A stretch of DNA of 32,000 nucleotides from Sulfolobus acidocaldarius SUSAZ (GTDB lineage Archaea > Thermoproteota > Thermoprotei_A > Sulfolobales > Sulfolobaceae), in assembly GCA_000508305.1 (NCBI GenBank), contig CP006977.1:496621-528620 (forward strand), in the 5' to 3' direction. Numbering within the stretch: the first letter of the stretch is position 1; the number at the start of each line of letters is the position of its first letter. Shown piece after piece: positions 12,464 to 25,453 of the stretch. Both the position numbers and the translations under genes were made by a program. The notes below the pieces were generated by a model. The model was not told the DNA's origin. It was given only the letters and a program-made list of their open reading frames with translations, and ran no database searches.

Positions 12464-15400
12464 TTGAAGCACCTCCTAAGTTTACTTTTTCACCTAAAAT
12501 TAATCTCGGTGAAATTACCATACTCATTAATTCTTGAATTAAAAGTTTAAACGCATATGAAACAGTAACTGGATGTAAGACAGATTTGTCGCCATGCACT
12601 GGGCATACGTATCTATTCTTACTTCTATCGTACCAGCCCACATATCCACATTGATCACAGATATATACTACAGCTTTGTCTGAATTATCTAGTAATCTAT
12701 CTTTGATTAACATCGCAGTACCAAACCCAATTAAACAGTCTCTCTCCATTTCTCCAAATCTTAATCCACCTTCCCTAGCTCTGCCTTCAGTAGGTTGTCT
12801 GGTTAAAATTTGAACTGGTCCTCTTGCTCTTGCATGCATTTTATCTGCGACCATGTGATGTAACTTTTGATAGTATACTATCCCAAACAATATTCTGCTT
12901 TTCAATTTTTGACCTGTTCTTCCATCATATACTACTTCTGTCGAATCTGGTAAGTGTCCTAATTTAAGTATTTCCTTTTGCATCTCTTGTAGTTTTGGTG
13001 TCTCCAAGAATGGAGTTGCGTCTACAGGTTTACCTGATAAAGCTGCATATTTACCACCTATCGCCTCCATTATTTGTCCTATAGTCATTCTTGAGGGCAA
13101 AGCGTGTGGATTTAGAATTATATCTGGAACTATACCTTTCGCGGTATATGGCATATCAACTTGATCAATTAATATACCAACTACTCCTTTTTGACCATGT
13201 CTTGTAGCGAACTTATCCCCTATTTCAGGAATCCTAAGATCCCTTACCCTTACTTTTACTAATTTATTACCTTCAAGTGTTTCCGTTATCAACACTAAAT
13301 CCACAATACCATTTTCTCCGTGTCTCGTGACTATTGATGTATCTCTTTTAGCCTGCTCAGGACTTAACTCCTTGAATTCCTGAAGGAATCTGGGAGGGCT
13401 AACTTTACCTATTAAGACATCTCCTCCTTTTACCTCAACTTCTGGAGAAACCACTCCATTATCTTCTAGGAGTCTATAATAATCTTTTCCTTTATAGCCT
13501 TTTACACCAGCTTCTGGTGTAACTATTTTATCTTCTTGTCCTCCTGGATATTTTACTTCTTCCGTGGAATAAAGCCTGAAGAATGTTGACCTATACATTC
13601 CTCTCTCTATGGAGGACTTATTCATAATTATTGAGTCCTCCATATTATATCCTGTATAAGACATGATAGCTAGAATTGCATTAGCACCTGCTGGTCTATC
13701 ATTATAGCCTATAACTCCTAACATTCTTGTTTGCACTAGGGGCATTTGCGGATAATGTAATAAATGGGCTCTTGTATCAGTTCTTATTTGATAGTTCGAC
13801 GCATAAAGACCCAAAGACTGTTTAGCCATAGCTGATTGGTAAGTATTTCTGGGAGACTGGTTATGTTCAGGGTAGGGTATGATGGATGCGATAATACCCA
13901 ATATAGCAGACGGCCATATTTCCAAATGAGTATGATCTGGTGTTAGATCTTGTGGATTTAAAGCAACATACGCATTTTCCTCCTCTTCAGCATCTATAAA
14001 TTCTATTTTACCTTGTTTGACTAAGTCATCGAAAGTTATTTCTCCATTCTTCAATTTCTTAATGTCTTCAGTATCCACTAAAGGAGTACCATTATTTACA
14101 ATAATTAAAGGTCTTCTAACTCTTCCCGCATCACAGTTTATGTGCACTTCATTCAAATAGTCTGTGGCTATATATGCTACATTTACTTCATCACTTAGCT
14201 TTCCCTGCCTTCTTGATTCCCTAATCTTCTTAGCTAACTCTTTACCATCCTCGTAATATCCTAATAATCTACCATTAAGGTAAACCTTACTCCAACTCAT
14301 ATATTTTTCCACGTCTTCGTTTTGCTCACTGATTCTCCTTATTACATCTTCTACACTCACGACTCCTAATTCATAAGCTACCCTCTCGACTACTGACTCA
14401 TTAATACCAACAGAAACCTGTGCTAATAAGGCTAGATTTTTCACAAGTCCACTGTTAGGACCTTCAGGTGTTTCAAACGGGCACATTCTTCCCCATTGAG
14501 TTCCATGAAGGTCTCTTGCCTCAAAATTAGGCTGTCCCCTAGCTAAAGATGAAACTACTCTCCTAAGATGACTTAACATGGATAGCCAATTTGTTCTGTC
14601 TAGTAATTGACTTACTCCAGTTCTACCACCAACCCAGTTTCCTGTTGCTAATGCATGTCGTATTCTTTCCGTTATTATATCAGCCCTAACTAAGGCAGTT
14701 AAAGAAAGCCTTCTTCCCCTCACTTTTGATTTTTCAAGCTGATAAACTAGATCTTTGACAAAGGCTTTGAAAGCTACTCTAAATAAACTTGTGAACAAAT
14801 CTCCTGCTAATCTAACTCTCTTATTTGCATAATGATCTTTATCATCTGGCTCTCTCCTGCCTAAATATAATTCTAGTATCTTATTTACAGCACTAGCTAA
14901 ATAGTATCCTTTCTTTTTCCTATCTTCGGGTGATGTACCAAGATGAGGTAGGAAATATTTATCTATTACTTGCTCCGCTTTTTGAATTCTATTTTCTCTT
15001 TTCTGTCCTATTGCAACTCTATTACCTATGAAATCTAATGCTTCTTCTGCACTTGTAATAGAGCTTGCCTGCTCTAATGATGGTAGTAATTCATTCTGAA
15101 TTTGAGGGTCTAAAGATACTGCATATACTATATCGCGATCTGTTACAAAACCTAATGCTCTCATTATTATTGCAAATGGTATTCTTCCTGGAACGGTTGC
15201 AAAGGAAATTTGAATTGTACTATCCTTCAGTCTCTCTATCATAACCTGAACTCTATATCCGGCTGCGGAGGATGTTACTTTGGCAACATGTGTTATATTA
15301 GATCCGCTCTTTCCATAATCTACTAATACTCTATTTGTTGCTAGATCTTCTTGAGCTATAATAACCTTCTCACTACCATTTACTATAAAATATCCACCAG

Positions 15401-15836
15401 GATCTTTAGGGTCTTCGCCTATTTCAATTAGCTTATCAATGGGTAGATTTGAAGTTGGATCTGCTACTGATTTCAGCATTATAGGGAGATCTCCAATGTA
15501 TATTTCTATTGGTTCGCCTTCTATATTATTCTCAACTGGAATCATACTCAAAAATATAGGAGATGAGTAAGTCAGATTCCTAAGTCTTGCCTCCATAGGT
15601 GTTATTTCTCTCATAGGTCCTTTGTCAGTTTCTCTTATACTAGGTTTTTCATATCTTATTTTACCTAACTTAATCTTCAATCCAGGAACTTCAGTTACTA
15701 TTTCTCCTTGTTCGTATATTACTTGCTGAAGTTTATTTCTTAGAAAATCATTGAATGAGTCTAAATGCTGCCTAACTAATCCTCTTGTTTTAAAGAATGA
15801 TTCAGCTATTGCCCACCTAGACTCTGTATCTAACAT
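12456..15836 (-). CDS. rpoB: DNA-directed RNA polymerase subunit B (Rpo2), unsplit.
   Basis: 1126 aa, with [15 protein letters not shown] and the C-terminal zinc ribbon [29 protein letters not shown] Shine-Dalgarno lies 4 nt upstream of the ATG. Confidence 0.98.
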
Positions 15837-15840
15837 AAAC

Positions 15841-16107
15841 TCACCCTGTTATAACATACCTATAAGTTACACTTTCGCCTGTAAAAGGACTTTTCCTGGT
15901 TATCTTAATTATGTCGCCAGGCTTTGCACCTATACTTTTAGCTACAGGGTCAGATGCTCTTATCCACGGTAATTGCTCAGGCTTAATTCCTAATTCTTTA
16001 ACCAATTTATATGCTTCTTCAAGTTGTAAAATTTCATGTTTAGGCACTAATTCATGATTTGATATATCGATCTTTTTCTTTGAGGATGAACGCATAATTT
16101 TCCCCAT
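15841..16107 (-). CDS. rpoH: DNA-directed RNA polymerase subunit H (Rpo5, RPB5-like).
   Basis: The C-terminal RPB5 domain reads [27 protein letters not shown]...YRYVITG. An alternative ATG at 16095 would give 84 aa beginning MRSSSKK. Confidence 0.92.
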   Translation of the reverse strand: MGKIMRSSSKKKIDISNHELVPKHEILQLEEAYKLVKELGIKPEQLPWIRASDPVAKSIGAKPGDIIKITRKSPFTGESVTYRYVITG

Positions 16108-16300
16108 GTAGCGTACAGTAATATCATCCTACTCATTTAAGCTTAATAAAATTATGTTACATACATGAATTTCTATTTTTCGTTAACACACATAGAAAAA
16201 GATTAGATTTATAGCAAGAATATCAATTATATAACGAGAATAATCAAGTCCGTCAGAAATTTAATTCATGCTATCAAATACAGGTTTTAGGTAAATAAAA
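16108..16300. promoter_or_regulatory. Divergent promoter region between the rpoH-led RNAP operon and infB.
   Basis: A 193-bp AT-rich spacer. For rpoH, the minus-strand CTTAAATG / TTTTATTAAG boxes lie about 27-40 nt upstream of the ATG at 16107. For infB, AT boxes such as TTAATTCATG and AAATAAAAA lie upstream of the ATG at 16301. Confidence 0.45.
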
Positions 16301-18109
16301 ATGACGACTCAAGTACCAAAAAGACTAAGACAGCCTATTGTTGTCGTATTGGGACATGTAGATCATGGAAAAACAACATTACTTGATAAAATTAGAGGCA
16401 CTGCAGTGGTTAAAAAAGAGCCAGGTGAAATGACGCAGGAAGTAGGGGCAAGCTTTGTACCGACAAGCGTGATAGAGAAGATCTCAGAGCAACTAAAAAA
16501 ATCATTCCCTATAAAGCTGGAAATTCCAGGACTCTTATTTATCGATACACCTGGTCATGAATTATTTAGTAACCTGAGAAAGAGGGGAGGTAGTGTTGCA
16601 GATATTGCAATACTAGTTGTGGATATTGTAGAAGGAATCCAAAAGCAAACTTTAGAGTCTATAGAAATTTTGAAATCAAGGAAAGTTCCTTTCATAGTAG
16701 CAGCTAACAAAATCGACAGGATAAATGGATGGAAACCACAAGACACATATTCCTTCCTTGAAAGTATAAACAAACAAGAGCAGAGAGTACGTGATAATTT
16801 AGATAAACAAGTATACAATTTAGTAATACAATTAGCTGAGCAAGGATTCAATGCAGAAAGGTTTGATAGAATTAGAGATTTCACAAAGACTGTTGCGATT
16901 ATTCCTGTGTCTGCAAAAACAGGGGAAGGTATAGCTGAGGTTCTGGCAATTTTAGCAGGATTGACTCAAAATTATATGAAAAATAAGCTAAAATTTGCTG
17001 AGGGACCTGCAAAAGGAGTAATTCTTGAAGTTAAAGAACTCCAAGGTTTAGGATATACAGCTGATGTTGTAATATATGAAGGAATATTGAGAAAAAATGA
17101 TATTATAGTGTTAGCTGGCATTGATGGTCCTATCGTAACTAAGGTCAGAGCTATTTTAGTGCCTAGGCCGTTACAAGATATAAAGCTAGCAAAGTCTGAT
17201 TTAGCCCAAATTGATGAAGTTTATGCTGCCTCAGGTGTAAAAGTATATGCACAGAATCTTGAAACCGCACTTGCAGGATCTCCTGTTTATGTAGCTGAAA
17301 ATAATGAGGAAGTAGAAAAATATAAGAAAATAATTCAAGAAGAAGTATCAGCTGTACGTTACTACAATTCGAGTGTATATGGCATAATTGTAAAGGCTGA
17401 TAGTTTAGGAAGTTTAGAGGCGATAGTCTCGTCTCTGGAACGAAGAAATATACCAATAAGACTTGCAGATATAGGTCCAATAAGTAAGAGGGACATAACA
17501 GAAGCAGAAATAGTTGCTGAAAAAGCTAAAGAATATGGAATAATTGCAGCTTTTAGAGTTAAACCATTATCAGGTATAGAGATTCCAGAAAAAATAAAAT
17601 TAATTTCTGATGATATAATCTACCAGCTGATGGACAATATAGAAAAATACATTGAAGACATAAAGGAAAGTGAGAAGAGAAAGACGTTAGAGACTATTGT
17701 TTTACCTGGAAAGATCAAAATAATTCCTGGATATGTTTTTAGAAGAAGTGACCCAGTAATTGTCGGAGTAGAGGTTTTAGGTGGTATAATTAGACCTAAG
17801 TACGGATTAATTAAAAAAGATGGGAGAAGAGTGGGAGAAGTCTTACAAATACAAGATAACAAGAAGAGTGTTGATAGAGCTAGTAAAGGTATGGAAGTTG
17901 CCGTATCTATAAAAGGAAATATCATGGTCGGAAGACAAGTAGAAGAAGGTGAGGTATTATACACAGATGTCCCTAAAGAAGATTTACAGATACTCATAGA
18001 AAAATACAAGGATATAGTCACTGATGATATGATAGAAGTAATAAAGGAGATTATAAAAATAAAAAGAACTCAAGATGCTACATACGGGCTTGGGCTCCAA
18101 TTTCAGTAA
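16301..18109 (+). CDS. infB: Translation initiation factor aIF5B (IF-2 homologue).
   Basis: 602 aa with the GTPase motifs [23 protein letters not shown] and NKID, and a full-length aIF5B architecture. Confidence 0.96.
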   Translation: MTTQVPKRLRQPIVVVLGHVDHGKTTLLDKIRGTAVVKKEPGEMTQEVGASFVPTSVIEKISEQLKKSFPIKLEIPGLLFIDTPGHELFSNLRKRGGSVADIAILVVDIVEGIQKQTLESIEILKSRKVPFIVAANKIDRINGWKPQDTYSFLESINKQEQRVRDNLDKQVYNLVIQLAEQGFNAERFDRIRDFTKTVAIIPVSAKTGEGIAEVLAILAGLTQNYMKNKLKFAEGPAKGVILEVKELQGLGYTADVVIYEGILRKNDIIVLAGIDGPIVTKVRAILVPRPLQDIKLAKSDLAQIDEVYAASGVKVYAQNLETALAGSPVYVAENNEEVEKYKKIIQEEVSAVRYYNSSVYGIIVKADSLGSLEAIVSSLERRNIPIRLADIGPISKRDITEAEIVAEKAKEYGIIAAFRVKPLSGIEIPEKIKLISDDIIYQLMDNIEKYIEDIKESEKRKTLETIVLPGKIKIIPGYVFRRSDPVIVGVEVLGGIIRPKYGLIKKDGRRVGEVLQIQDNKKSVDRASKGMEVAVSIKGNIMVGRQVEEGEVLYTDVPKEDLQILIEKYKDIVTDDMIEVIKEIIKIKRTQDATYGLGLQFQ

Positions 18110-18515
18110 CATCTTGGAAAAATATGCCCATCTCAGTTTTAGCCTTTTCTTCACTGTCAGAAGCATGAATTACATTTTCTGACTTACTTAATGCATAATC
18201 TCCTCTTATTGTGCCAGGAGAAGCCTCCTTAGGGTCTGTAGCTCCTATCATTTTCCTCACAACACTAACAGCATCATCACCTTCTATTATCATACATACT
18301 ACAGGACCTGATACGATATAATTAATTAATTCATTGAAGAATCCTTTTCCCTTATGCTCTTGATATAATCTTTCTGCAGTGGCTCTGTCCATATGGACCA
18401 TTTTTAATGCAAGGATATTAAATCCTCTTTTCTCGAATCTGCTAATTATTTCCCCTACTAATCTTCTTCTTACACCGTCTGGTTTTATCATAACAAATGT
18501 TTTTTGTAACGTCAT
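18078..18515 (-). CDS. ndk: Nucleoside diphosphate kinase.
   Basis: The N-terminal nucleotide-binding region reads [20 protein letters not shown], and the catalytic His motif is NVIHASDS. The ATG overlaps the L24e stop as ATGA at 18512-18515. Confidence 0.95.
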   Translation of the reverse strand: MTLQKTFVMIKPDGVRRRLVGEIISRFEKRGFNILALKMVHMDRATAERLYQEHKGKGFFNELINYIVSGPVVCMIIEGDDAVSVVRKMIGATDPKEASPGTIRGDYALSKSENVIHASDSEEKAKTEMGIFFQDVTEIGAQARM

Positions 18516-18700
18516 GGTTTAGCACCCAAATATGACTTAGTCCATTTTAATTTTTTAGGATCTCTATGTAATTTTAACATAGATTTTCTACATTTACTTG
18601 AACAGAACCAAAGTAAGCTTCCATCATTTCTAACGTACATTAAACCAGTACCAGGAAGGATATCTTTTCCGCAAAAACTACATTGCCTTGTTGAGACCAT
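18512..18700 (-). CDS. rpl24e: 50S ribosomal protein L24e (eL24).
   Basis: 62 aa, with the zinc ribbon [13 protein letters not shown]...FCSSKCRK. Confidence 0.93.
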   Translation of the reverse strand: MVSTRQCSFCGKDILPGTGLMYVRNDGSLLWFCSSKCRKSMLKLHRDPKKLKWTKSYLGAKP

Positions 18701-18763
18701 GTTATGAAGTTATAATAGTGAAGTATTTAAATGAATTGGCTCTGAAAATATAAATGGTTTAAA
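18701..18763. promoter_or_regulatory. Divergent promoter spacer between L24e and S28e.
   Basis: A 63-bp spacer with TATA-like boxes facing both ways (TATTTAAATG and AAATATAAAT). Each lies roughly 15-35 nt from its start codon. Confidence 0.4.
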
Positions 18764-19673
<910 letters not shown>

Positions 19674-19714
19674 CCATTTTATTTATATTCAATAAATCTA
19701 TTTTTAGTTGAAGC

Positions 19715-21133
19715 ATGGTAAAGATAGGTCTTGAGGTTCATGTCCATTTAACTTCATTAAAAACAAAGCTGTTTTGTTCATGCCCTACAGAGTATGTAGG
19801 AAAGGATCCTAATACAATTACTTGTCCAGTTTGTTTAGGATTACCTGGCGCTATACCAGTCTTGAACGAAAATGCAGTTAGAGCTGCAATTATGGTCGCA
19901 TTAGCAATAAATGCAGAAATTGCTGACAGGGTAGTAATGGTAAGGAAACATTACTTTTATCCAGATATGGCTAAAAACTATCAAATATCCCAATACGATG
20001 GTCCTGGAAGTATTGCAATAAGTAAAGGAGGATTTATAAAACTTAGAGATAACAAAACTGTTAGAATAAGGAGAATAAATATAGAGGAGGATCCGGCTAA
20101 AATTGTCTATCCTACTGGTTCTATGTTAACAAGTAGATACACATTATTGGACTATAATAGATCAGGTTTCCCATTACTTGAGATAGTTACAGAACCAGAC
20201 ATGTCAGATCCGCGTGAGGCTCGTGAATTTCTTGAAAAATTAAGATCGATACTTCAACATTTAGGTATATCTAACCCTGATTTAGAAGGGGCAATGAGAG
20301 CCGATGCTAATATATCAATAGAAGGCGGTGAAAGAGTTGAAATAAAGAATATAGGCTCTCCCAAAGAAGTTGAAGAAGCATTAAAATATGAGATAGCCAG
20401 GCAAAAGGCATTAGTAGCTCAAGGTATGAAAGTAAATAGGGAAACTAGACACTGGGATAATGCAAAAAAAGTCACAGTATTAACAAGATCTAAAGAACTT
20501 GAAGAAGACTATAGATATTTTCCCGATCCTGATCTACCGCCGTATACCATAAGCTTTGATATGATTGAAAAAATTAGAAAGGAATTACCTGAATTACCTG
20601 ACATTAGAATTCAAAGATTAGTCAAAGAGTATGGAATAACTGAATATGATGCTAACGTATTAGTTATTGATAAGTCACTAGCTGATTTATTCGAGGAGAC
20701 AGCGAAAAATTATAAAAATTATAAAAAACTAGTTAATATATTAATTAATGATTATCTACGATGGTTAAACGATAAAAATCTAAAACCTTCTCAGTCTAAA
20801 GCTACAACAAAGCATCTTATAGAATTATTGACCCTACTAGATAATGGAACAATAACCATTAAAATAGCTAAGGAGATCCTTCCCCAAATAGTAATAGAGG
20901 GCAAAATGCCATCAGAAATAATAAAGCAAAATAGTCTCATCGCAATTAAAGACGAAGACTATCTGGTAAATGTAATTAAAGAGGTTCTCTATGAGGAAAA
21001 AGATGCTGTAGAGAAAGCTAAAAGAGATCCTAAAGTTATAAATTACTTAGTGGGAAAAGTAATGAAGAAAACATCAAAGAGAGCTGATCCGTATATAGTT
21101 AATGAGTTAATAAAGAAAGAATTAGGGATATAA
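19715..21133 (+). CDS. gatB: Asp/Glu-tRNA(Asn/Gln) amidotransferase subunit B.
   Basis: 472 aa, containing IGLEVHVHL and CPVCLGLPGAIPVLN, with a GatB/YqeY C-terminal tail. An ATTTATAT box lies about 30 nt upstream and there is no Shine-Dalgarno, so the gene appears leaderless. Confidence 0.93.
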   Translation: MVKIGLEVHVHLTSLKTKLFCSCPTEYVGKDPNTITCPVCLGLPGAIPVLNENAVRAAIMVALAINAEIADRVVMVRKHYFYPDMAKNYQISQYDGPGSIAISKGGFIKLRDNKTVRIRRINIEEDPAKIVYPTGSMLTSRYTLLDYNRSGFPLLEIVTEPDMSDPREAREFLEKLRSILQHLGISNPDLEGAMRADANISIEGGERVEIKNIGSPKEVEEALKYEIARQKALVAQGMKVNRETRHWDNAKKVTVLTRSKELEEDYRYFPDPDLPPYTISFDMIEKIRKELPELPDIRIQRLVKEYGITEYDANVLVIDKSLADLFEETAKNYKNYKKLVNILINDYLRWLNDKNLKPSQSKATTKHLIELLTLLDNGTITIKIAKEILPQIVIEGKMPSEIIKQNSLIAIKDEDYLVNVIKEVLYEEKDAVEKAKRDPKVINYLVGKVMKKTSKRADPYIVNELIKKELGI

Positions 21134-21201
21134 TCACAGCGTGGGTTTCTCATCACAGTATCAGCACTTAAAACCCCGTTCATCAAAAGAATAGAAATAG
21201 T

Positions 21202-21939
21202 GTGGTGATATATATTCTCAACTCTCAGAAGGACAGGGAACTAAAGATAAGACTGCTAGTAGTGAACTTACTGAGAGAATTAAAGAACTCTTATACGTAC
21301 AAAGAATTATCAAGTATCTTCGATATCCAAGAAAGTTTACTGTGTAGATATGTCAACGGAAATACCATACCAAGCGAAAGTCATTCAAGGGATATCCTTG
21401 ACAAGATTAAAAGTAAGGAGTTTCTTTCCAAGTTTCTTGCAGACAAAATAATCAAATATGATGATGGATTTATTGATACCTCTAAAATGCTCTTTTACCC
21501 TAATCTATTAAAGCTTCTAATAGAAATGTTCTATCATAAATATTTTGGAAATAGAGACGAAATCGATAAAATTGTAACAGTTGCTGTAAACGGAATACCT
21601 TTCGCTGCCATAGCGTCGGAAGCTATAGCAAAACCATTAATAATAATAAAAAAACACAAAGATTCTGTTCACATAAGTTACATAGACGAGAATATTAAAG
21701 AATCGGAAGGAATGATTACTTCTATCTATTTGAGGAAAGATTTTGTATATAAAGGCGAGAAAGTGTTAGTTGTAGATGATGTAATAAGAAGTGGTAAAAC
21801 AATATACTCAACATTTAGGTTAATCCAAAAAGCAGATGCAAAAGTAATAGGGGCGTTAGTATTAGTCGGTGTAGGAAAAGAATGGTCAAAAATAAGTAAC
21901 ACATTTAATATACCAATCATCCCTATCTTTTCACTATGA
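21202..21939 (+). CDS. HTH domain fused to a type-I phosphoribosyltransferase domain (PurR/GfcR-like; orotate-PRT-like protein). Putative PRPP-responsive regulator.
   Basis: The N-terminal helix-turn-helix reads YTYKELSSIFDIQESLLCRYVNGNTIPS. The C-terminal PRT fold keeps the PRPP-binding loop EKVLVVDDVIRSGKTIYS. The start is GTG (21202 or 21205). Confidence 0.7.
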   Translation: MVIYILNSQKDRELKIRLLVVNLLRELKNSYTYKELSSIFDIQESLLCRYVNGNTIPSESHSRDILDKIKSKEFLSKFLADKIIKYDDGFIDTSKMLFYPNLLKLLIEMFYHKYFGNRDEIDKIVTVAVNGIPFAAIASEAIAKPLIIIKKHKDSVHISYIDENIKESEGMITSIYLRKDFVYKGEKVLVVDDVIRSGKTIYSTFRLIQKADAKVIGALVLVGVGKEWSKISNTFNIPIIPIFSL

Positions 21940-22514
21940 TTATTAGACTACAGAATAACGTTTATGCTATAAAAGGAGTTTATTATATCTATCTGCTTGT
22001 AATAGATAATAAAAACCTTCTAATTATAGATTCAAGTAACGGTGAAGATATAGGAATAGTGTTGGATGGTATCCTTGAAATAAAGAGTAAAACGAATTAC
22101 AACCCATCTTTTTTAGTACTCACCAGCTGCAAAAAAGAAGTTGCAGGAGGAGCTGCGAAAATTTCTAGCTTTTTAAACATACCTATACTCGCAAGTTATA
22201 TAGATGCATCTAGTATTAGAAAAGGAGTGTGCCTAGATGAGGAATACGAACCTGCCGATGTAAGTATTGAAATTAAAGACATAAAAGTATTGATAAATGG
22301 GCTTAATAACCTAACATTTCTTAGAGCTAAAACACCATCAAAAGGAAGTTTAATAATAAAATATAATAACGCTTTATTTTCGGGAGCAACAAAAATTAGT
22401 GGTATAGTAGAAAAGATTGGGTACGTTTGTAACGCATTTGAATTTTCAAAGGTAGAAGAAGATTGGTTTTTAAGGACAAGAAAAGAGAATGAAAAAGCAC
22501 TAGAATATAAATAA
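21936..22514 (+). CDS. Metallo-beta-lactamase-fold protein lacking all canonical metal ligands; a probable pseudo-enzyme of unknown function.
   Basis: The fold assignment comes from hand threading only. NLLIIDSSNG resembles the beta-strand plus DxG element. LTSCKKEVAGGA sits where LTHxHxDHxGGA is expected. AKTPSKGSLII replaces TPGHTPGS, and ALFSGA replaces LFTGD. The ATG overlaps the upstream stop as ATGA. Confidence 0.5.
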   Translation: MIIRLQNNVYAIKGVYYIYLLVIDNKNLLIIDSSNGEDIGIVLDGILEIKSKTNYNPSFLVLTSCKKEVAGGAAKISSFLNIPILASYIDASSIRKGVCLDEEYEPADVSIEIKDIKVLINGLNNLTFLRAKTPSKGSLIIKYNNALFSGATKISGIVEKIGYVCNAFEFSKVEEDWFLRTRKENEKALEYK

Positions 22515-22519
22515 AAGAA

Positions 22520-22531
22520 TTTTTATAAAAA
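22520..22531. terminator. Palindromic bidirectional oligo-T terminator between convergent genes.
   Basis: TTTTTATAAAAA is its own reverse complement and gives a T5 run on both strands. It lies within the 35-bp gap between the stops at 22514 (+) and 22550 (-). Confidence 0.4.
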
Positions 22532-22549
22532 ATAACTATAGATTAGATT

Positions 22550-24304
<1,755 letters not shown>

Positions 24305-24373
24305 ACATATTCTGTCTTATCACTCTCGATTAAGAATATATAAACTATTTCACCATTTTTTACTCTAATTTGG

Positions 24374-25303
24374 TTAAAACCATCCTAAAAAATTGTCCCA
24401 ACCTGTTTTTCTAATCAACTCACCATTAAAATACACTCCTTGCCTATCACTTATTTCCCCAAAAACTACTGGGTTAAGCCCTAATAGCTTCATTTGATTT
24501 ATAATTTTCTGATAAAAATCTTTATCTACTACAAATATAGACTCGTATTCTTCTCCTGAAAATTTTAATAAATCAAGCAATTTTATTTTATAATTATTTG
24601 CTATATTTAGCACATCTTCTGAAACAGGCATTTTAGTAATTTCAATGCCTAACTTAGATCTCTCAACCAAATTATATAATGACACTATGAGACCATCACT
24701 TATATCTAGCGAATAATGAATACTATCGCAATTCTGGCTAAATATATCTTGTAAATGCGGATTTACTATAGGATGTTTATACTTTAGTTTATATTTTAAT
24801 GGAATCGATATCTTCCAATTATTTACATAAGATATAAAGATTATTGAATTATAACCTATAGGCGATGTAATTATTACTTTGTCCCCTCTTTTTATATTGT
24901 CTACGCTTTTGTAACATAGTGCTTCTCCTATTCCAACTATATCAATCCATCCACTGTTATCACTAGAATTCGTATCGCCACCCACATAACTTCCTTTATA
25001 ATAATTTACCGCGTCGCTTATCCCTTTCAATATATTTTCTATCTCTTTTAATCTATTTTTATTTAATCCTAGAGAGGCTAGGAAAAATTTTGGTAAACCT
25101 CCCTTAGACAATATATCACTTATTACTCCTATCACCGATCTCCAGCCTATATCATAAGACTCCAAAAAATTAAACTCATAAGATAATTGAAAGCCATCAA
25201 TTTTATACATGTTTTTCCCTTCCACGTAAACATCGTCATTTGTAACATTATCACTCACGTATTTTGATACGAGATTCTTAATTATTTCATGTTCAGAATG
25301 CAT
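24374..25303 (-). CDS. thiL: PurM-superfamily (AIR synthase-related) protein; probably thiamine-monophosphate kinase ThiL.
   Basis: 309 aa with ThiL-like motifs: NDDVYV (GDDAAV-like), DIGWRSVIGVISDILSKGGLPKFFLASLGL, and YVGGDTN. Confidence 0.6.
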   Translation of the reverse strand: MHSEHEIIKNLVSKYVSDNVTNDDVYVEGKNMYKIDGFQLSYEFNFLESYDIGWRSVIGVISDILSKGGLPKFFLASLGLNKNRLKEIENILKGISDAVNYYKGSYVGGDTNSSDNSGWIDIVGIGEALCYKSVDNIKRGDKVIITSPIGYNSIIFISYVNNWKISIPLKYKLKYKHPIVNPHLQDIFSQNCDSIHYSLDISDGLIVSLYNLVERSKLGIEITKMPVSEDVLNIANNYKIKLLDLLKFSGEEYESIFVVDKDFYQKIINQMKLLGLNPVVFGEISDRQGVYFNGELIRKTGWDNFLGWF

Positions 25304-25320
25304 TTATATAGCACCTGGGA

Positions 25321-25422
<102 letters not shown>

Positions 25423-25453
25423 ATTCATAATTAATGAAGGTAAAATTATAAAT

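Noticed and set aside
16555-18166. Minus-strand ORFs 16555-16884, 17163-17480, 17620-18021 and 17984-18166, antisense to infB.
   Set aside because: They are shadow ORFs within aIF5B, and their translations are low-complexity and hydrophobic or Leu/Ser-rich.
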